The notes under the pieces are model-generated. The model was not told the DNA's origin, ran no database searches, and saw only the letters and a program-made list of their open reading frames with translations. Source: Eledone cirrhosa (lineage: Eukaryota). Taken from it: 64,000 nt of DNA. The stretch lies in the NCBI GenBank assembly GCA_964016885.1, contig OZ024753.1, positions 18,290,001 through 18,354,000 of the forward strand. Reading direction: 5' to 3'. Position numbers and translations under genes: made by a program. Every line of letters starts with the position of its first letter. Position 1 is the stretch's first letter. Below, one piece after another: positions 44,569 through 60,895 of this stretch.

Positions 44569-44620
44569 TATATATATATATATATATATATATTCATATA
44601 TATATATATATATATATATA

Positions 44621-44718
<98 letters not shown>

Positions 44719-44740
44719 TATATATATATATATATATATA

Positions 44741-44874
<134 letters not shown>

Positions 44875-44913
44875 TATATATATATATATATATATTCATA
44901 TATATATATATTC

Positions 44914-44964
<51 letters not shown>

Positions 44965-45046
44965 TATATATATAAAAACAAATAACGAAACGAAATTAAA
45001 TTTCGTTTCGTTTGTAACTCACTTTTGTATGACTGACGCTTAAACA

Positions 45047-45320
45047 ATTAAGTTAAAAATGTACATCCACATATGTATACTGAAATACTAGTATGCATAT
45101 GAATACACACACGTATACATATGTAGATGTACCGAGTTTTTCACTGGTCACTTTACTGTGAGTGTCCAGCTATTCTGTATGTAAACACACAGAATAGCTG
45201 GACACTCACAGTAAAGTGACCAGTGAAAAACTCGGTACATCTACATATGTATACGTGTGTGTATTCATATGCATACTAGTATTTCAGTATACATATGTGG
45301 ATGTACATTTTTAACTTAAT
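45047..45320. repeat. Inverted repeat with 132-bp arms and 10-nt spacer
   Basis: 45047-45178 is the reverse complement of 45189-45320. No mismatch seen by eye. Confidence 0.95.
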
Positions 45321-45434
45321 CATATATATATATATATTCATATATATATATACATATTCATATATATATATATATATTCATATATATATTCATATATATA
45401 TATATATTCATATATATATATATATATATATATA

Positions 45435-45471
<37 letters not shown>

Positions 45472-45481
45472 TATATATATC

Positions 45482-45532
45482 AGATTCCTGATGATTTCTA
45501 ATGAATGAAACAGTTCTAGTCCTGTAGAATCT
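45482..45532 (+). ncRNA. Type I hammerhead ribozyme motif (family of 29198-29248)
   Basis: agattc-CTGATGA-t-TTC-taat-GAA-t-GAAA-CAG-ttctagtc-CTG-TA-gaatct. GUA cleavage triplet. Confidence 0.8.
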
Positions 45533-45614
45533 CATCTATATTAAAACTTTTATACTCTGCTATGTATTGAGTACCTTACTTACTGTGGTTACCTCCGATT
45601 CAACCCGGAATAAC

Positions 45615-45671
<57 letters not shown>

Positions 45672-45773
45672 TATATATATATATATATATATATATTCAT
45701 ATATATATATATATATATATTCACATATATATATATATATTCACATATGAATATATATATATATATATATATA

Positions 45774-45818
<45 letters not shown>

Positions 45819-45879
45819 ATATATATATATATATATATTCATAAATATATATATATATTCATATATATATATATATATA

Positions 45880-45913
<34 letters not shown>

Positions 45914-46155
45914 TATATATATATATATATATATATTCATATATATATATATATATTCATATATATATATATATTCATATATATATATATATATATATAT
46001 TCATATATATATATATTCATATATATATATATATATTCATATATATATATATATATTCATATATATATATATATATATATATTCATATATATATATATAT
46101 ATATATATTCATATATATATATATATATATATATTCATATATATATATATATATA

Positions 46156-46253
<98 letters not shown>

Positions 46254-46327
46254 TATATATATATATATATATATATTCATATATATATATATATATATAT
46301 ATTCATATATATATATATATATATATA

Positions 46328-46455
<128 letters not shown>

Positions 46456-46475
46456 CATATATATAAAGATATATA

Positions 46476-46507
<32 letters not shown>

Positions 46508-46595
46508 CATATATATATATATATATATATATATTCATATATATATATATATTCATATATATATATATATATATTCATATATATATATATATATA

Positions 46596-46639
<44 letters not shown>

Positions 46640-46679
46640 TATATATATATATATATATTCATATATATATATATATATA

Positions 46680-46713
<34 letters not shown>

Positions 46714-46735
46714 TATATATATATATATATATATA

Positions 46736-46797
<62 letters not shown>

Positions 46798-46901
46798 TAT
46801 ATATATATATATATATTCATATATATATATATATATATATTCATATATATATATATATATTCATATTCATATATATATATATATTTATGTATTCATATAT
46901 A

Positions 46902-46971
<70 letters not shown>

Positions 46972-47070
46972 TATATATATTCATATATATATATATATTC
47001 ATATATATATTCATATATATATATATATATATATATGAATATATATGTATATATATATATATATATATTC

Positions 47071-47118
<48 letters not shown>

Positions 47119-47120
47119 TC

Positions 47121-47166
<46 letters not shown>

Positions 47167-47167
<1 letters not shown>

Positions 47168-47216
47168 GTCAAAACAGAAACTGACCACACAATATTCAAG
47201 AAGTCTTTGGACAAAT
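47167..47216 (+). mobile_element. 50-bp fragment of the CR1-type LINE
   Basis: gtcaaaacagaaactgaccacac..ttcaagaagtctttggacaaat matches 50259-50307. Confidence 0.8.
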
Positions 47217-47834
47217 ATATATATTCATATATATATATATTCATATATATATTCATATATATATATATATATATATTCATATATATATATATATATTCAT
47301 ATTCATATATATATATATATATATTCATATTCATATATATATATATATTTATATATTCATATATATTAATATATATATATATATATACATGTAAAGTTAT
47401 ATTTAAAATTGTTGGGTTACAACTAGTAAATATTTATAACTGATATAAAAGCACTCGACAAATATTTGGAGTATAATTACAATATTAAATAAATGGAAAA
47501 CTATATTTATAAAACCCTATTTATTTCATTATATATATTTCGGGGATATCATATTAACAATATGCTATGCCTTCATCAGACAAAATACAATATAAACAGT
47601 TTTATAGATAAATATATTCGACATACCGTAATAAACATCAACTTCATTTGGAGAGGTTTACGCTAGCAGTGAAAATACAGAGAGAAAGAAAGAGAGAAAG
47701 AAAAGAGGGAAAAAAAAGAAAGAAAGAAAGACAGAACGAAGAGAAGGAAGAAAAAGAAAAAGAAGAAAAAAAAAGAAAAAGAAGAAATGCATGGAACAAA
47801 ATAGAGAGATGGAAAAATAGATAAAGCGAAGAGC

Positions 47835-48419
47835 TTCCCTAGAACACATAGGTATCACTCAATCTTCAATAGGCATACAATTAAATTAACCTACTCATCC
47901 ACCAAAAATTTAGCACAAAATATTAATAGAATAAATAATAGGAACTTAAAACCTACTGATAATAGCATAAATAATATACAAGTTAACAAATGTAACTGTA
48001 GAGATAGATCTAAATGTCCGTTAAATAACAACTGCTTAGTTAAAAATATAGTATACAATTGTAATGTTAATACTGACTCTAATTCTTTTAACTACGTCGG
48101 TTCCACATCGACGGAATTTAAACTTCGCTATAATAACCACAAGAATTCTTTCACAGATCCAAATAAAAAATCTTCAACGGCACTATCAGGGGTACTCTGG
48201 CAACTTAAGCTAGATAACGTTAGATATTCGACGGCTTGGAATATAGTCTCAAGAGGGATTCCTTTTAATTCATCCTCTGAGACATGTGACCTCTGCGCAG
48301 AGGAGATATTCTTTATACTAAAATCTAAAAATTCCCTTAACCTACGGACAAATTTATTCAGTTGTTGCAAGCATAGATTAAACTCAACTTTTAAATATAA
48401 ATTTAAATTTAAAATGTAG
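47835..48419 (+). pseudogene. PLE thumb/linker and GIY-YIG endonuclease, 194-codon open frame lacking a start (absent from the ORF track)
   Basis: Hand translation FPRTHRYHSIFNRHTIKLTYSS...CNCRDRSKCPLNNNCLVKNIVYNC..YVGSTSTEFKLRYNNHKNSF..TALSGVLWQLK..W..CDLCAEE..LNLRTNLFSCCKH: CxCx5C, IVY/YVG, CxxC. Confidence 0.88.
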
Positions 48420-49449
48420 TATATTTAGTTTGATTTATATTTATATGAGAACTAGCCGATAAATCTTTTGATTCCTAAATCTTTGATTCCCTCTTTTTAC
48501 TCTTTTTATTGTTTAATTTATTTTTTTTATTTTTATTTTTATCTAAACATTCCTCATGAAAAATTAAGCTACACTAAAAGCCGATGCTCCAAATTTTTTG
48601 AATTAACCTTACACTAGATAAACTTCTATATTAAATATAGGAACATATGTAGACATTATTGGACATCATAATCTTTTTTGCGATATTCTTTGCTCGATGT
48701 GATTTGATAGATAATTTTTGGCTTTGTCTTGTAATGAACTTGGCAATATATTGTCAATTAACTTTGAAGGGTTGTTCTTTGTGGTTTATTTTCATTTTTA
48801 TTTTTATTTTTATTTTTATCTTTATTCTTTTAGTATTGTAATATTCTATAATATTTTTATTTTTATTTTATTTTTAATATTTTTATATGTAAATTTTTAA
48901 TACGTAATATTTTTTAATACGTATTTTTAATATGCAATATTTTTATTATGTAATATTCTTTCGTAATATCTTTTTAGTTTTCTATTCTATATTTTTATAT
49001 ATTTTTACTTATTAGCTTTGTTTATAATATAATATATATTTTCGATTAGTATATTGAAATCTGCTCTCTATTTCTGCTTGATAGATAATCTTGTAGAGTA
49101 ATCGCAAGAATAATAATATGCTCAAATTTTTATACCACATTGAGAATGTTTTCCGGTAACTTAGAATTTGCGGAGTGAATCAGTTGGATTCACATTGATG
49201 TTTGTAGCTGTCACATAAACATATGAATTTTTTAAAACTAAACATAAGATAATGAATTTTCACACATTGTGAATACTTGTTTCATTCAGGAATACTGATA
49301 TTTACAGTATAGTGTAAGTTTTATAAATACTAATACATTAAAACATAGGGTTTTCTACGCCTCGAATATGTCTGGCTATTTTTAAATTTTTTCTCTCTCT
49401 ATATCTCTCTATATCTCTCTATATTTCTCCCTTACATTAATACTTGAGC

Positions 49450-49488
<39 letters not shown>

Positions 49489-49861
49489 ATGTATCATTGA
49501 TACACTTACTCAAAATGACCTCCCACTACCTAATTTTCTATATATATATATGTATCTATCTCTATTTCCTCTCTCTCTCTATATATATATATCTCTTTCT
49601 GTCTCTTTACATGAAGCTCTTCGCTTTATCTATTTTTCCATCTCTCTATTTTGTTCCATGCATTTCTTCTTTTTCTTTTTTTCTTCTTTTTCTTTTTCTT
49701 CCTTCTCTTCGTTCTGTCTTTCTTTCTTTCTTTTTTTTCCCTCTTTTCTTTCTCTCTTTCTTTCTCTCTGTATTTTCACTGCTAGCGTAAACCTCTCCAA
49801 ATGAAGTTGATGTTTATTACGGTATGTCGAATATATTTATCTATAAAACTGTTTATATTGT

Positions 49862-49925
49862 ATTTTGTCTGATGAAGGCATAGCATATTGTTAATATGAT
49901 ATCCCCGAAATATATATAATGAAAT
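49862..49925 (+). ncRNA. Type I hammerhead motif in the Hydra-like pseudo-LTR (mirror copy on minus strand at 47523-47586)
   Basis: attttgt-CTGATGA-a-GG..CATATT-gtt-AATATG..CC-GAAA-tatata-TA-atgaaat. Confidence 0.75.
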
Positions 49926-50062
49926 AAATATGGTTTTATAAATATAGTTTTCCATTTATTTAATATTGTATATATATATATATATATATATATTCATATA
50001 TATATATATATATATATATATTCATATATATATTCATATATATATATATATTCATATATATA

Positions 50063-50096
<34 letters not shown>

Positions 50097-50123
50097 TATA
50101 TATGTATATATATATATATATTC

Positions 50124-50490
<367 letters not shown>

Positions 50491-50566
50491 ATATATATAT
50501 ATATGAATATATATACATATATATTCATATATATATATATATATATATTCATATATATATATATTC

Positions 50567-50606
<40 letters not shown>

Positions 50607-50611
50607 ATATT

Positions 50612-50733
<122 letters not shown>

Positions 50734-50755
50734 TATATATATATATGTATATATA

Positions 50756-50791
<36 letters not shown>

Positions 50792-50933
50792 TATATATAT
50801 ATATATATATTCGTATATATATATATATATATACATTCATATATATATATATTCATATATATATATATATTCATATATATATATATATATATTCATATAT
50901 ATATATATATATTCATATATATATATATATTCA

Positions 50934-50966
<33 letters not shown>

Positions 50967-51043
50967 TCATATATATATATATTCATATAAATTAATAAAA
51001 TAATGAATAAAGAAAGAAACAGTTCCTTACATTTCAAAAAATT

Positions 51044-51183
51044 CATCATTTTACGATCGTTTCTAGGATATATATGTGTTAGAGTTGGTATGCATATTCT
51101 ATAGATCTATGTACAATATTTATACAAACTATCAGAGGGAATATACATACCTACACATATATAAGCTGTCTTCAGAAATAATG
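51044..51183 (-). ncRNA. Second copy of the long-stem-II hammerhead motif
   Basis: Minus strand: cattattt-CTGAAGA...GAAA-cgatcg-TA-aaatgatg, within a diverged copy (~50995-51256) of 40545-40806. Confidence 0.72.
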
Positions 51184-51271
51184 ATATTTGTTTATTGAAA
51201 AAAACAAAGATTCAATACAATAGGTCTGTTTGGGAACAGGTTGTGAATTGACCAATCAGGAGATATATATA

Positions 51272-51311
<40 letters not shown>

Positions 51312-51463
51312 TATATATATATATATATATTTCGTTTCTGAATTTATTGGCAACATGACCCTCCCAAAGTATAACAATATATATATATATATATATATTC
51401 ATATATATATATATATATATATATATTCATATATATATATCTTCATATATATATATATATATA

Positions 51464-51574
<111 letters not shown>

Positions 51575-51589
51575 TCATATATATATTCT

Positions 51590-51806
51590 AGTCGATCGAC
51601 TTTCGTCAAATCGGACCGAGGAAACTATGTTTCCGTTGGTCTTTCCAATCGCTAATACTATCTATCGGTCGCAACTCCAGGTAGAAGGAGCAACGTGAAA
51701 TAAAGTGTCTTGCTCAAGGACATAACGCATCGCCTGGTTCAGGAATCGAACTCACCACCTCACGATTGTGAATCCAATACTCTAACCACTCAGCCACACG
51801 CCTTCA
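51590..51806 (-). mobile_element. tRNA-derived SINE (second family) with intact head
   Basis: Minus strand: A box TGGCTGAGTGG, B box GAGTTCGATTCC, then gtccttgagcaagacacttt. Confidence 0.88.
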
Positions 51807-51820
51807 TATATATATATATA

Positions 51821-51860
<40 letters not shown>

Positions 51861-51918
51861 TATATATATAGATTCATATATATATATATATATATATATT
51901 CATATATATATATATATT

Positions 51919-52160
<242 letters not shown>

Positions 52161-52206
52161 TATATATATATATATATTTGAATATATATATATATATATA
52201 TATATA

Positions 52207-52402
<196 letters not shown>

Positions 52403-52470
52403 TATATATATATATATATATATATATGAATATATATATATGTATATATATATATGAATATATTCAAATG

Positions 52471-52501
<31 letters not shown>

Positions 52502-52518
52502 ATATATATATATATATA

Positions 52519-52557
<39 letters not shown>

Positions 52558-52743
52558 ATATATATATATATATTCAAATATAGTATTTACGTATCGAGAA
52601 AGAGAGAAAAAGGAGGGATAGTTGATACATATAGTTATTTGCCAAGTAGCGTATGCCAAAGGTGCTCGATACTAATGCCGGCAGTATTAAATATTCGAAG
52701 TGTTAATATTTAGTGGGCTAGAGAGTTAGCAGAGCGCGTAAGC

Positions 52744-52825
52744 ACGTGGGAAAGTAAAAAATCGGAGAATAGACCGTTTAAACATATTTTAACGGTCTAT
52801 TCTCCGATTTTTTACTTTCCCATGT
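52744..52825. repeat. Fold-back hairpin with ~38-bp arms
   Basis: tgggaaagtaaaaaatcggagaatagaccgtt...aacggtctattctccgattttttactttccca. Confidence 0.92.
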
Positions 52826-52830
52826 ATATT

Positions 52831-52950
<120 letters not shown>

Positions 52951-52995
52951 TATATATATATTTATATATATTCATGTATATATATATATATAATC

Positions 52996-53032
<37 letters not shown>

Positions 53033-53183
53033 TATATATATATATATATATATTCATATATATATATATATATAATCATATAAATATATATATATATATA
53101 TTCATATATATATATATATAATCATATAAATATATATATATATATATATATATTCATATATATATATATATATAATCATATAA

Positions 53184-53216
<33 letters not shown>

Positions 53217-53391
53217 ATCATATAAATATATATATATATTCATATATTCATATATATATATATATAATCATATAAATATATATATATATGCATATAAATA
53301 TATATATATTCATATATATATATATATATATATATAATCATATATATATATATATATATATATTCATATATACATATATATATATATATTC

Positions 53392-53425
<34 letters not shown>

Positions 53426-53427
53426 TC

Positions 53428-53524
<97 letters not shown>

Positions 53525-53620
53525 ATTAATTCTGGCAATATTACACAAATATGGCCCTCCCCAAGTATAACAATATATATATATATTTATATATAATCAT
53601 ATATATATATATATATAATC

Positions 53621-53660
<40 letters not shown>

Positions 53661-53699
53661 ATATATATATATAATCATATAAATATATAAATATATATA

Positions 53700-53745
<46 letters not shown>

Positions 53746-54661
53746 TATATATATATATATATATATATATAGCGGCGATGAATTAGTTTTGCGAGGTTTT
53801 TTATATGAAATCCTGTGTCGAAACAGATATTGTTATATTTGGGGAGGGTCATATTTGCGTAATATTGCCAGAATTAATAACAGAACACACTCACTGTTTG
53901 GTTGGTTTTCGCTTCTCGCTGTCTTTTATATATATATATCTGCGATCTAACGTACTCGGTCCTCAATGTTGCCATTGACTGACCGGCGGTCAAAAATAAT
54001 ACAGATACAATATAGACACAAACACATATATATAGTTTACATAATTTACATAAATCTTTCGTTGCACATCTGCAACATCGTCAGTGGTGTTATATTCATT
54101 GTTCCTCCTGTTGTGTTGTATGTCTACGCCATTTTTTTTTTTTTTTTTTTTGTTCAGTCTGTCTATATATTTATTTATTTATTTGCTTGTTTGTTTATCT
54201 TATTTTATTTTGTCTTCTTTGCGCATGCGTTTGCGTGTGTGTATAGTGTTATGTGTGATGTGTGACTAGTGTGTATAGTGTTGTGTCTGCTGGGTAACTA
54301 GTGTGTGTTTATGTGCTTGTGTATGTATTTATTTATCTAATTTTATTTAATTTTATTTACTTATTTATACTTCTCTTAGGTCAGTGTTGTTTGTTTGGGT
54401 GTTGTTGTTGTTCCACTCATTCTTTCTGTTTAGCTTTGGTCTTCTAATTTCTATTTCACTGGCCTCTCTGATTTGCCTATCTGCTGGGTCATTCCTATGT
54501 TTAGATATTATTCTAATTTCTATGTTGTCTATGTTACCGTCATGTTGTTGTCTAGCATGTTCGTATAGTACTGACCCGTTTTTTCCTCCTTTTAGTTCCC
54601 CCCAGTGTTGGTCTATCCTTTCACCTATGCTACGAGCTGTCTCACCTATGTATGTTGTTAC

Positions 54662-55765
54662 AAGTTTGATTTAGAACGTAGCACGATGGAAAGCATCCAG
54701 CAGATAGCTAATTCCATACAGCAGAGTATAACTGTAACTATAGACTTCCCTTCCAAACACCCTAACAATAGACTACCTGTATTAGACACAGTACTCTGGA
54801 TTAACACTATAGACGAGAGAGCCCAAAGTCTCCACTCACACTATGCTAAACCCATGGCCTCCAAATACCTGATACTCAAAAACTCAGCAATGTCCAGTAG
54901 TGCTAAGTTTAATATTCTGATCGCAGATTTGGTACGAGTGATGAAGAATGTGTCCAGCATGTGCGACCCAACAGAAATGGAAGGACACATCCAACACTTC
55001 ATCAACCGCATGCAGTTCTCTGGCTACAACCAAAGAGACAGAGTCAGAGTATACGAAGGAGCCATGGAAAAGTATAAGACCCTCATAGAACTGGACATGA
55101 AAGGAATTTGCCCACTATACAGGAGCAAATCATGGAATAGCTTAGATAGGGCTAGACATAAGATAGGGAAGTCCACATCATGGTACGACAACCAGAGATA
55201 TCAGAGTGTCATGTTTGTGGACGCCACCCCTGGAGGGAAATTAGCTAACCAGTGTAGAAAGGCCCTGAGAAAGACCCACTTAAAAATAAAGGTGGTAGAA
55301 AAGCCAGGAACCACCACAAAATCCCTGATCAGCAAAACCTACCCTTTTAAGAAAACCCACTGTACCAATAGGAAATGTATCATATGTAAGGTGAACCCCC
55401 GGATAAACTGTAAAACTAGAAACGTAGTCTATAGCATAAGATGTACAGAGGGTACTTGCAGAAACATGACAACAACATACATAGGTGAGACAGCTCGTAG
55501 CATAGGTGAAAGGATAGACCAACACTGGGGGGAACTAAAAGGACGAAAAAACGGGTCAGTACTATACGAACATGCTAGACAACAGCATGACGGTAACATA
55601 GACAACATAGAAATTAGAATAATATCTAAACATAGGAATGACCCAGCAGATAGGCAAATCAGAGAGGCCAGTGAAATAGAAATTAGAAGACCAAAGCTAA
55701 ACAGAAAGAATGAGTGGAACAACAACAACACCCAAACAAACAACACTGACCTAAGAGAAGTATAA
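54662..55765 (+). pseudogene. PLE RT C-terminus and intact GIY-YIG frame (5'-truncated)
   Basis: Nearly identical to 27171-28277, with Trp in place of the premature stop. Confidence 0.9.
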
Positions 55766-56023
55766 ATAAGTAAATAAAATTAAATAAAATAAGATAAATA
55801 AATACATACACAAGCACATAAACACACACTAGTCACCCAGCAGACACAACACTATACACACTAGTCACACATCACACATAACACTATACACACACGCAAA
55901 CGCATGCGCAAAGAAGACAAAATAAAATAAGATAAACAAACAAGCAAATAAATAAATAAATATATAGACAGACTGAACAAAAAAAAATGGCGTAGACATA
56001 CAACACAACAGGAGGAACAATGA

Positions 56024-56080
56024 ATATAACACCACTGACGATGTTGCAGATGTGCAACGAAAGATTTATGTAAATTATGT
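56024..56080 (+). ncRNA. PLE pseudo-LTR hammerhead motif with intact core (mirror copy on minus strand at 54039-54095)
   Basis: atataa-cac-ca-CTGACGA-t-GTTGCA-gatg-TGCAAC-GAAA-gatt-TA-tg-taaa-ttatgt. Confidence 0.75.
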
Positions 56081-56329
56081 AAACTATATATATGTGTTTG
56101 TGTCTATATTGTATCTGTATTATTTTTGACCGCCGGTCAGTCAATGGCAACATTGAGGACCGAGTAAGTTAGATCGCAGATATATATATATAAAAGACAG
56201 CGAGAAGCGAAAACCAACCAAACAGTGAGTGTGTTCTGTTATTAATTCTGGCAATATTACGCAAATATGACCCTCCCCAAATATAACAATATATATATAT
56301 ATATAATCATATAAATATATATATATATA

Positions 56330-56519
<190 letters not shown>

Positions 56520-56721
56520 TATATATATATATATATATTCTTATATATATATATATATTCATATATATATATATATATTCATATATATATATATATATTC
56601 ATATATATATATATATATTCATATATATATATATTCATATATATATATATATTCATATATATATATATATATTCATATATATATATATATATTCATATAT
56701 TTATATATATATATATATATA

Positions 56722-56759
<38 letters not shown>

Positions 56760-56799
56760 TATATATATATATTCATATATATATATAATTACATATATA

Positions 56800-56833
<34 letters not shown>

Positions 56834-56850
56834 TATATATATATATATTC

Positions 56851-56892
<42 letters not shown>

Positions 56893-56919
56893 GAATATAT
56901 ATATATATATATACATATA

Positions 56920-56968
<49 letters not shown>

Positions 56969-57065
56969 GAATATATATATATATATATATATATATGAAT
57001 ATATATATATATATATATATATGAATATATATGTAATTATATATATATATGAATATATATATATA

Positions 57066-57135
<70 letters not shown>

Positions 57136-57343
57136 TATGAATATATATATATATATATGAATATATATATATATATATGAATATATATATATATATGAAT
57201 ATATATATATATGAATATATATATATATATATGAATATATATATATATATATGAATATATATATATATATATATATTCATATATATATACATTCATGTAT
57301 ATATATATATATGTGATGTTAGACATAAATATGTATATGAATA

Positions 57344-57403
<60 letters not shown>

Positions 57404-57537
57404 TATACATATTTATGACTAACATCCGACATGTTAAGACCCGCTTCCTGCTATTTAAAGTGTTAACCTACTATATTCCTTCCATATACTGTACCGATTG
57501 TGTTGTTATTTCTGTTTACCTTTTACACACACACACA

Positions 57538-57579
<42 letters not shown>

Positions 57580-58248
57580 ATGAATAGATATATCTATTTA
57601 TGTAGCTGAATTTGCCTTGATAATATATAACTTTGTATTTATAATTAACCCTTGCCCACTTCTATCAATACTGTTTGTAGGCGAATAGTTCATAATATGT
57701 TATATTATATTGTTTTTCTTAATATACTATATAGTTAGTATTAAAATCGGTCGTAAATCTAATTAATAAGTATTAAATCTAAAATCTCTAATTGTATTGC
57801 AATGTTATTTATTTGAGTCAATTCTACGTATGTTAAACCTAAAAGCCAAACTAACCACTACCGTATATCTAATATTAATAATTGTCATTGGTGTGGTTAG
57901 TCTTCCATAAGTTCTAACACTTTCCCAACTATATTTAAAGATGTTTCCATTTTTGAATTAGAAGATATTTCGACATGAGTTTATTATTCTGAAGAATTCA
58001 CTAAAAAGAATAAATTGCTACTTCCTTCTGTATTTGAAAGAAACGTTCGTAACTGTATTAAGTAATGTAATTATAACCTGATTATTTATTTATTTTATAT
58101 ATGTTATGTGTTTTAAAACTACTGTGACTGGAAATTGGATTAAACTCTCAGGTTCTACCAATCTTACTGTGGATAACAACATCAAATTAAAGCTTAGAAT
58201 AACACGTTGTCTTATATGATTGTATTATCAATACCTCTAATATAATTC

Positions 58249-58279
<31 letters not shown>

Positions 58280-59376
58280 AGTGTGTGTGTGTGTGTATGT
58301 GTGTGTGTGTGTGTCTGTGTATAAATGTATGTATATATATATTACCACCAGCCGTACGAGCACAACCTCACCTGGATTCTCCTGCAGAAAGTACGCCCCT
58401 TCAATAATAGTGTAACATACCAGCTTTAGCTTATGTAGTTCTAGGTATTCGAAGAACGAATGAATATTCTATGGAGATTATATAGCAGGACCTGTCTAAA
58501 TACAAGATCTGATTTCTATAATCGCTGTCCACACGCAGCCAAGTATTCATTGCGTAACTAAAACGATCCAGACTGATTTCATCCGCAACAAACTATTTTT
58601 ATCCAGAAGTTAAGTTGTTCCCCTAGTCGATGAACTTTATATATATGACATTCTTTATATATATGACATTCTTTATATATATACATATATATATATATAT
58701 AAGTTAGATCCACAACAATTAATAAACCATTTTTGAGGGAACGTGTTTCACTTTGCCGAACTCCAACTCGAAGTAAATGGTTGTAGACGCAAAGCAGAAG
58801 GCTATATGAAGAACGTCGGACATGCGGGGCAAGTTACCCAGTAACCCCTACACGATACCACACGTACCCGCTGCAAAAAACCTTTCTTTTCATTAATTAC
58901 GTTTCAATATCTCTTTCACATATTTACCAACCATTAAATTGTTGTCTATATATGGTCATATATATATTTATTTATTTAATTATTCCCCCACCCCTTTAGG
59001 ATTCACTCAACGTGTACCATGCTATATAGTTCCAATATTATAATAATTATATAGAGACAAGTACGTTGTAGTATTAAGGTGTATATCTATAACTTACCTA
59101 TATTTATTATAGTGAGGGGTGGGTTTAACTGCGCAAGGATTGGCACCCAGGTTAGCTTAAGAATGAAAATTGTGTTTTGCCTATTTCATTAAATCCTACT
59201 CTGCTTTAATTTAACTACATTTCCCTACGACTCTATCATTAACATCACTGATATGAATAACTAATAATTATTTGGTACACACTGGATCACAGACTGACTG
59301 TGATGGCTTCCCTACTTGATGTCGTCATTCTACTCACCTGGCTTAAGGAGGCTGTTTTCATTATTGCAAACGAATC

Positions 59377-59562
59377 ATGGCAGTATCGGTAGAGGGTCGG
59401 GCGCCATGCTTTGCAGCAAAGAGTTACGGCCCTTTATGGTCTGAGATCAAATCCCGCCGAGGTTAACTTTGCCTTTCATCCTTACGAGTTCGATGAAATA
59501 ACTTACCAGCAATACACTGGGATGGATAATTGCTGGCTTTGTGCCAAAAGTAGAAATAATTA
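59377..59562 (+). mobile_element. Octopus-type tRNA SINE
   Basis: tggcagtatcggtagag...tcaaatcccgccgaggttaactttgcctttcatcc. Confidence 0.85.
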
Positions 59563-60083
59563 TTATTAATATTCGAAAGTCTCAGATTTACATTTCTATG
59601 TATACTAGCAGAACCCCACACCCCCACCCCACCCCCATTCGGGTGGTTTCCTGCTGGCATGTGTAGTGTGCGTATTGATATTATACGCAAATATATATGC
59701 ATGTAGATTTAATACTTCAAATGAAATCGTAATCGACAATATGCACAGAAATTAAACAAAGTCTGTGTTTCACTCTCTTCTGTAATCAGTAACGTAATCC
59801 ATGATACATTTAAACAAGACGATACTATATATATACAGCATATTTAATAAACTAAAATGTTTTGAGAACGAAAAAGGACAAATTAGCGACGGAAATATAA
59901 CCAAATGCAAATATATGAACGTTTACATAATCTATGTAACAAGTGTTATGATATAACGTAACGCTAACCGGAGATGTTTTCATTTGAACATTTTGAAGAA
60001 GTGAATCTTAAAATAAGCAATACTTTATATATAAGAATATTTATGTTTAATCAAGAGCTACGAAATATAGTAGGTAAATTTCA

Positions 60084-60261
60084 TAATTGTTTCTACTTTA
60101 GGCACAAGGCCAGCAATAACCCAGTACATTACTGGTACTTTATTTTATCGACCCTGTAAGGATGAAAGGCAAAGATAACCTCGGCGGGATTTGAACTCAG
60201 ACTGTAAAGGGACGTAACTATGCTAGAAAGCATGGCGTCCAACCCTCTACCGATACTGCCA
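60084..60261 (-). mobile_element. Octopus-type tRNA SINE
   Basis: Same family in reverse orientation. Confidence 0.88.
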
Positions 60262-60895
60262 TATTCATTCATTATTTATTCAAAGTAATCCAACTTATTT
60301 TACTAACGGGATAAACAAAAAAAAAAAATAAAACGGACGTTGTCCCGCACTCCTCACTTTATTATATATATATATATGAGAATAAACAAAAGATTTATTA
60401 ATGTAATGTTACTTAATTGTGCGAGGGCCTTCTAGGTTTAAGTTTATTTGTGGACAGTTCTAACTCGCCTGATCCACAGAAGGATTCCCTCCGACATTGT
60501 CCATTCTTTACTTCTGACTCCATTCACAATGGATGATACATCGGAAATATAGGAACCAATAACATTTCCTAGGTAACATTATCACAAGTTGTTTGTTAAA
60601 CTTGTCTCTTCTTCTTCAAGTAAACACATCTACACATATCCGTGTCTTTACGTGGGTTTGTTGCCTGATTATTAACAACCATAGGAGATGATTAGTATAT
60701 ACAAATAGAGTGTGTTTGTTTTATCAGAAAATAGGATTTCATATATGAACCATTCTCTTACAGATATTTGTCTGTAGTAATTAGTTCTAGTGTTTGTACG
60801 TAAGTATATTTCTATAGAACATCAATGCTTACTTTTGTATTTTTCTACAAATTTGCATAAATAAGAAGGCTGAAAATTATATCATAGAGTGTTTT

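Larger units (their letters stand above)
47389..49970 (+). mobile_element. 5'-truncated Hydra-like PLE with an inverted pseudo-LTR at its 5' end
   Basis: 47478-47837 is the reverse complement of 49613-49970. GIY-YIG frame 47835-48419. HHR in both arms. (TA)n flanks. Confidence 0.85.
53770..56292 (+). mobile_element. 5'-truncated copy of the Naiad-like PLE with an inverted 3' segment (53770-54659 minus, 54660-56292 plus)
   Basis: Left part is the reverse complement of 55471-56292 and extends further into the ORF start. Junction tatgttgtt|acaagtttg. Confidence 0.93.

Noticed and set aside
51700-51806. tRNA gene
   Set aside because: A and B boxes are present, but the sequence continues into a SINE body repeated at 22694 and no clear acceptor stem is seen.
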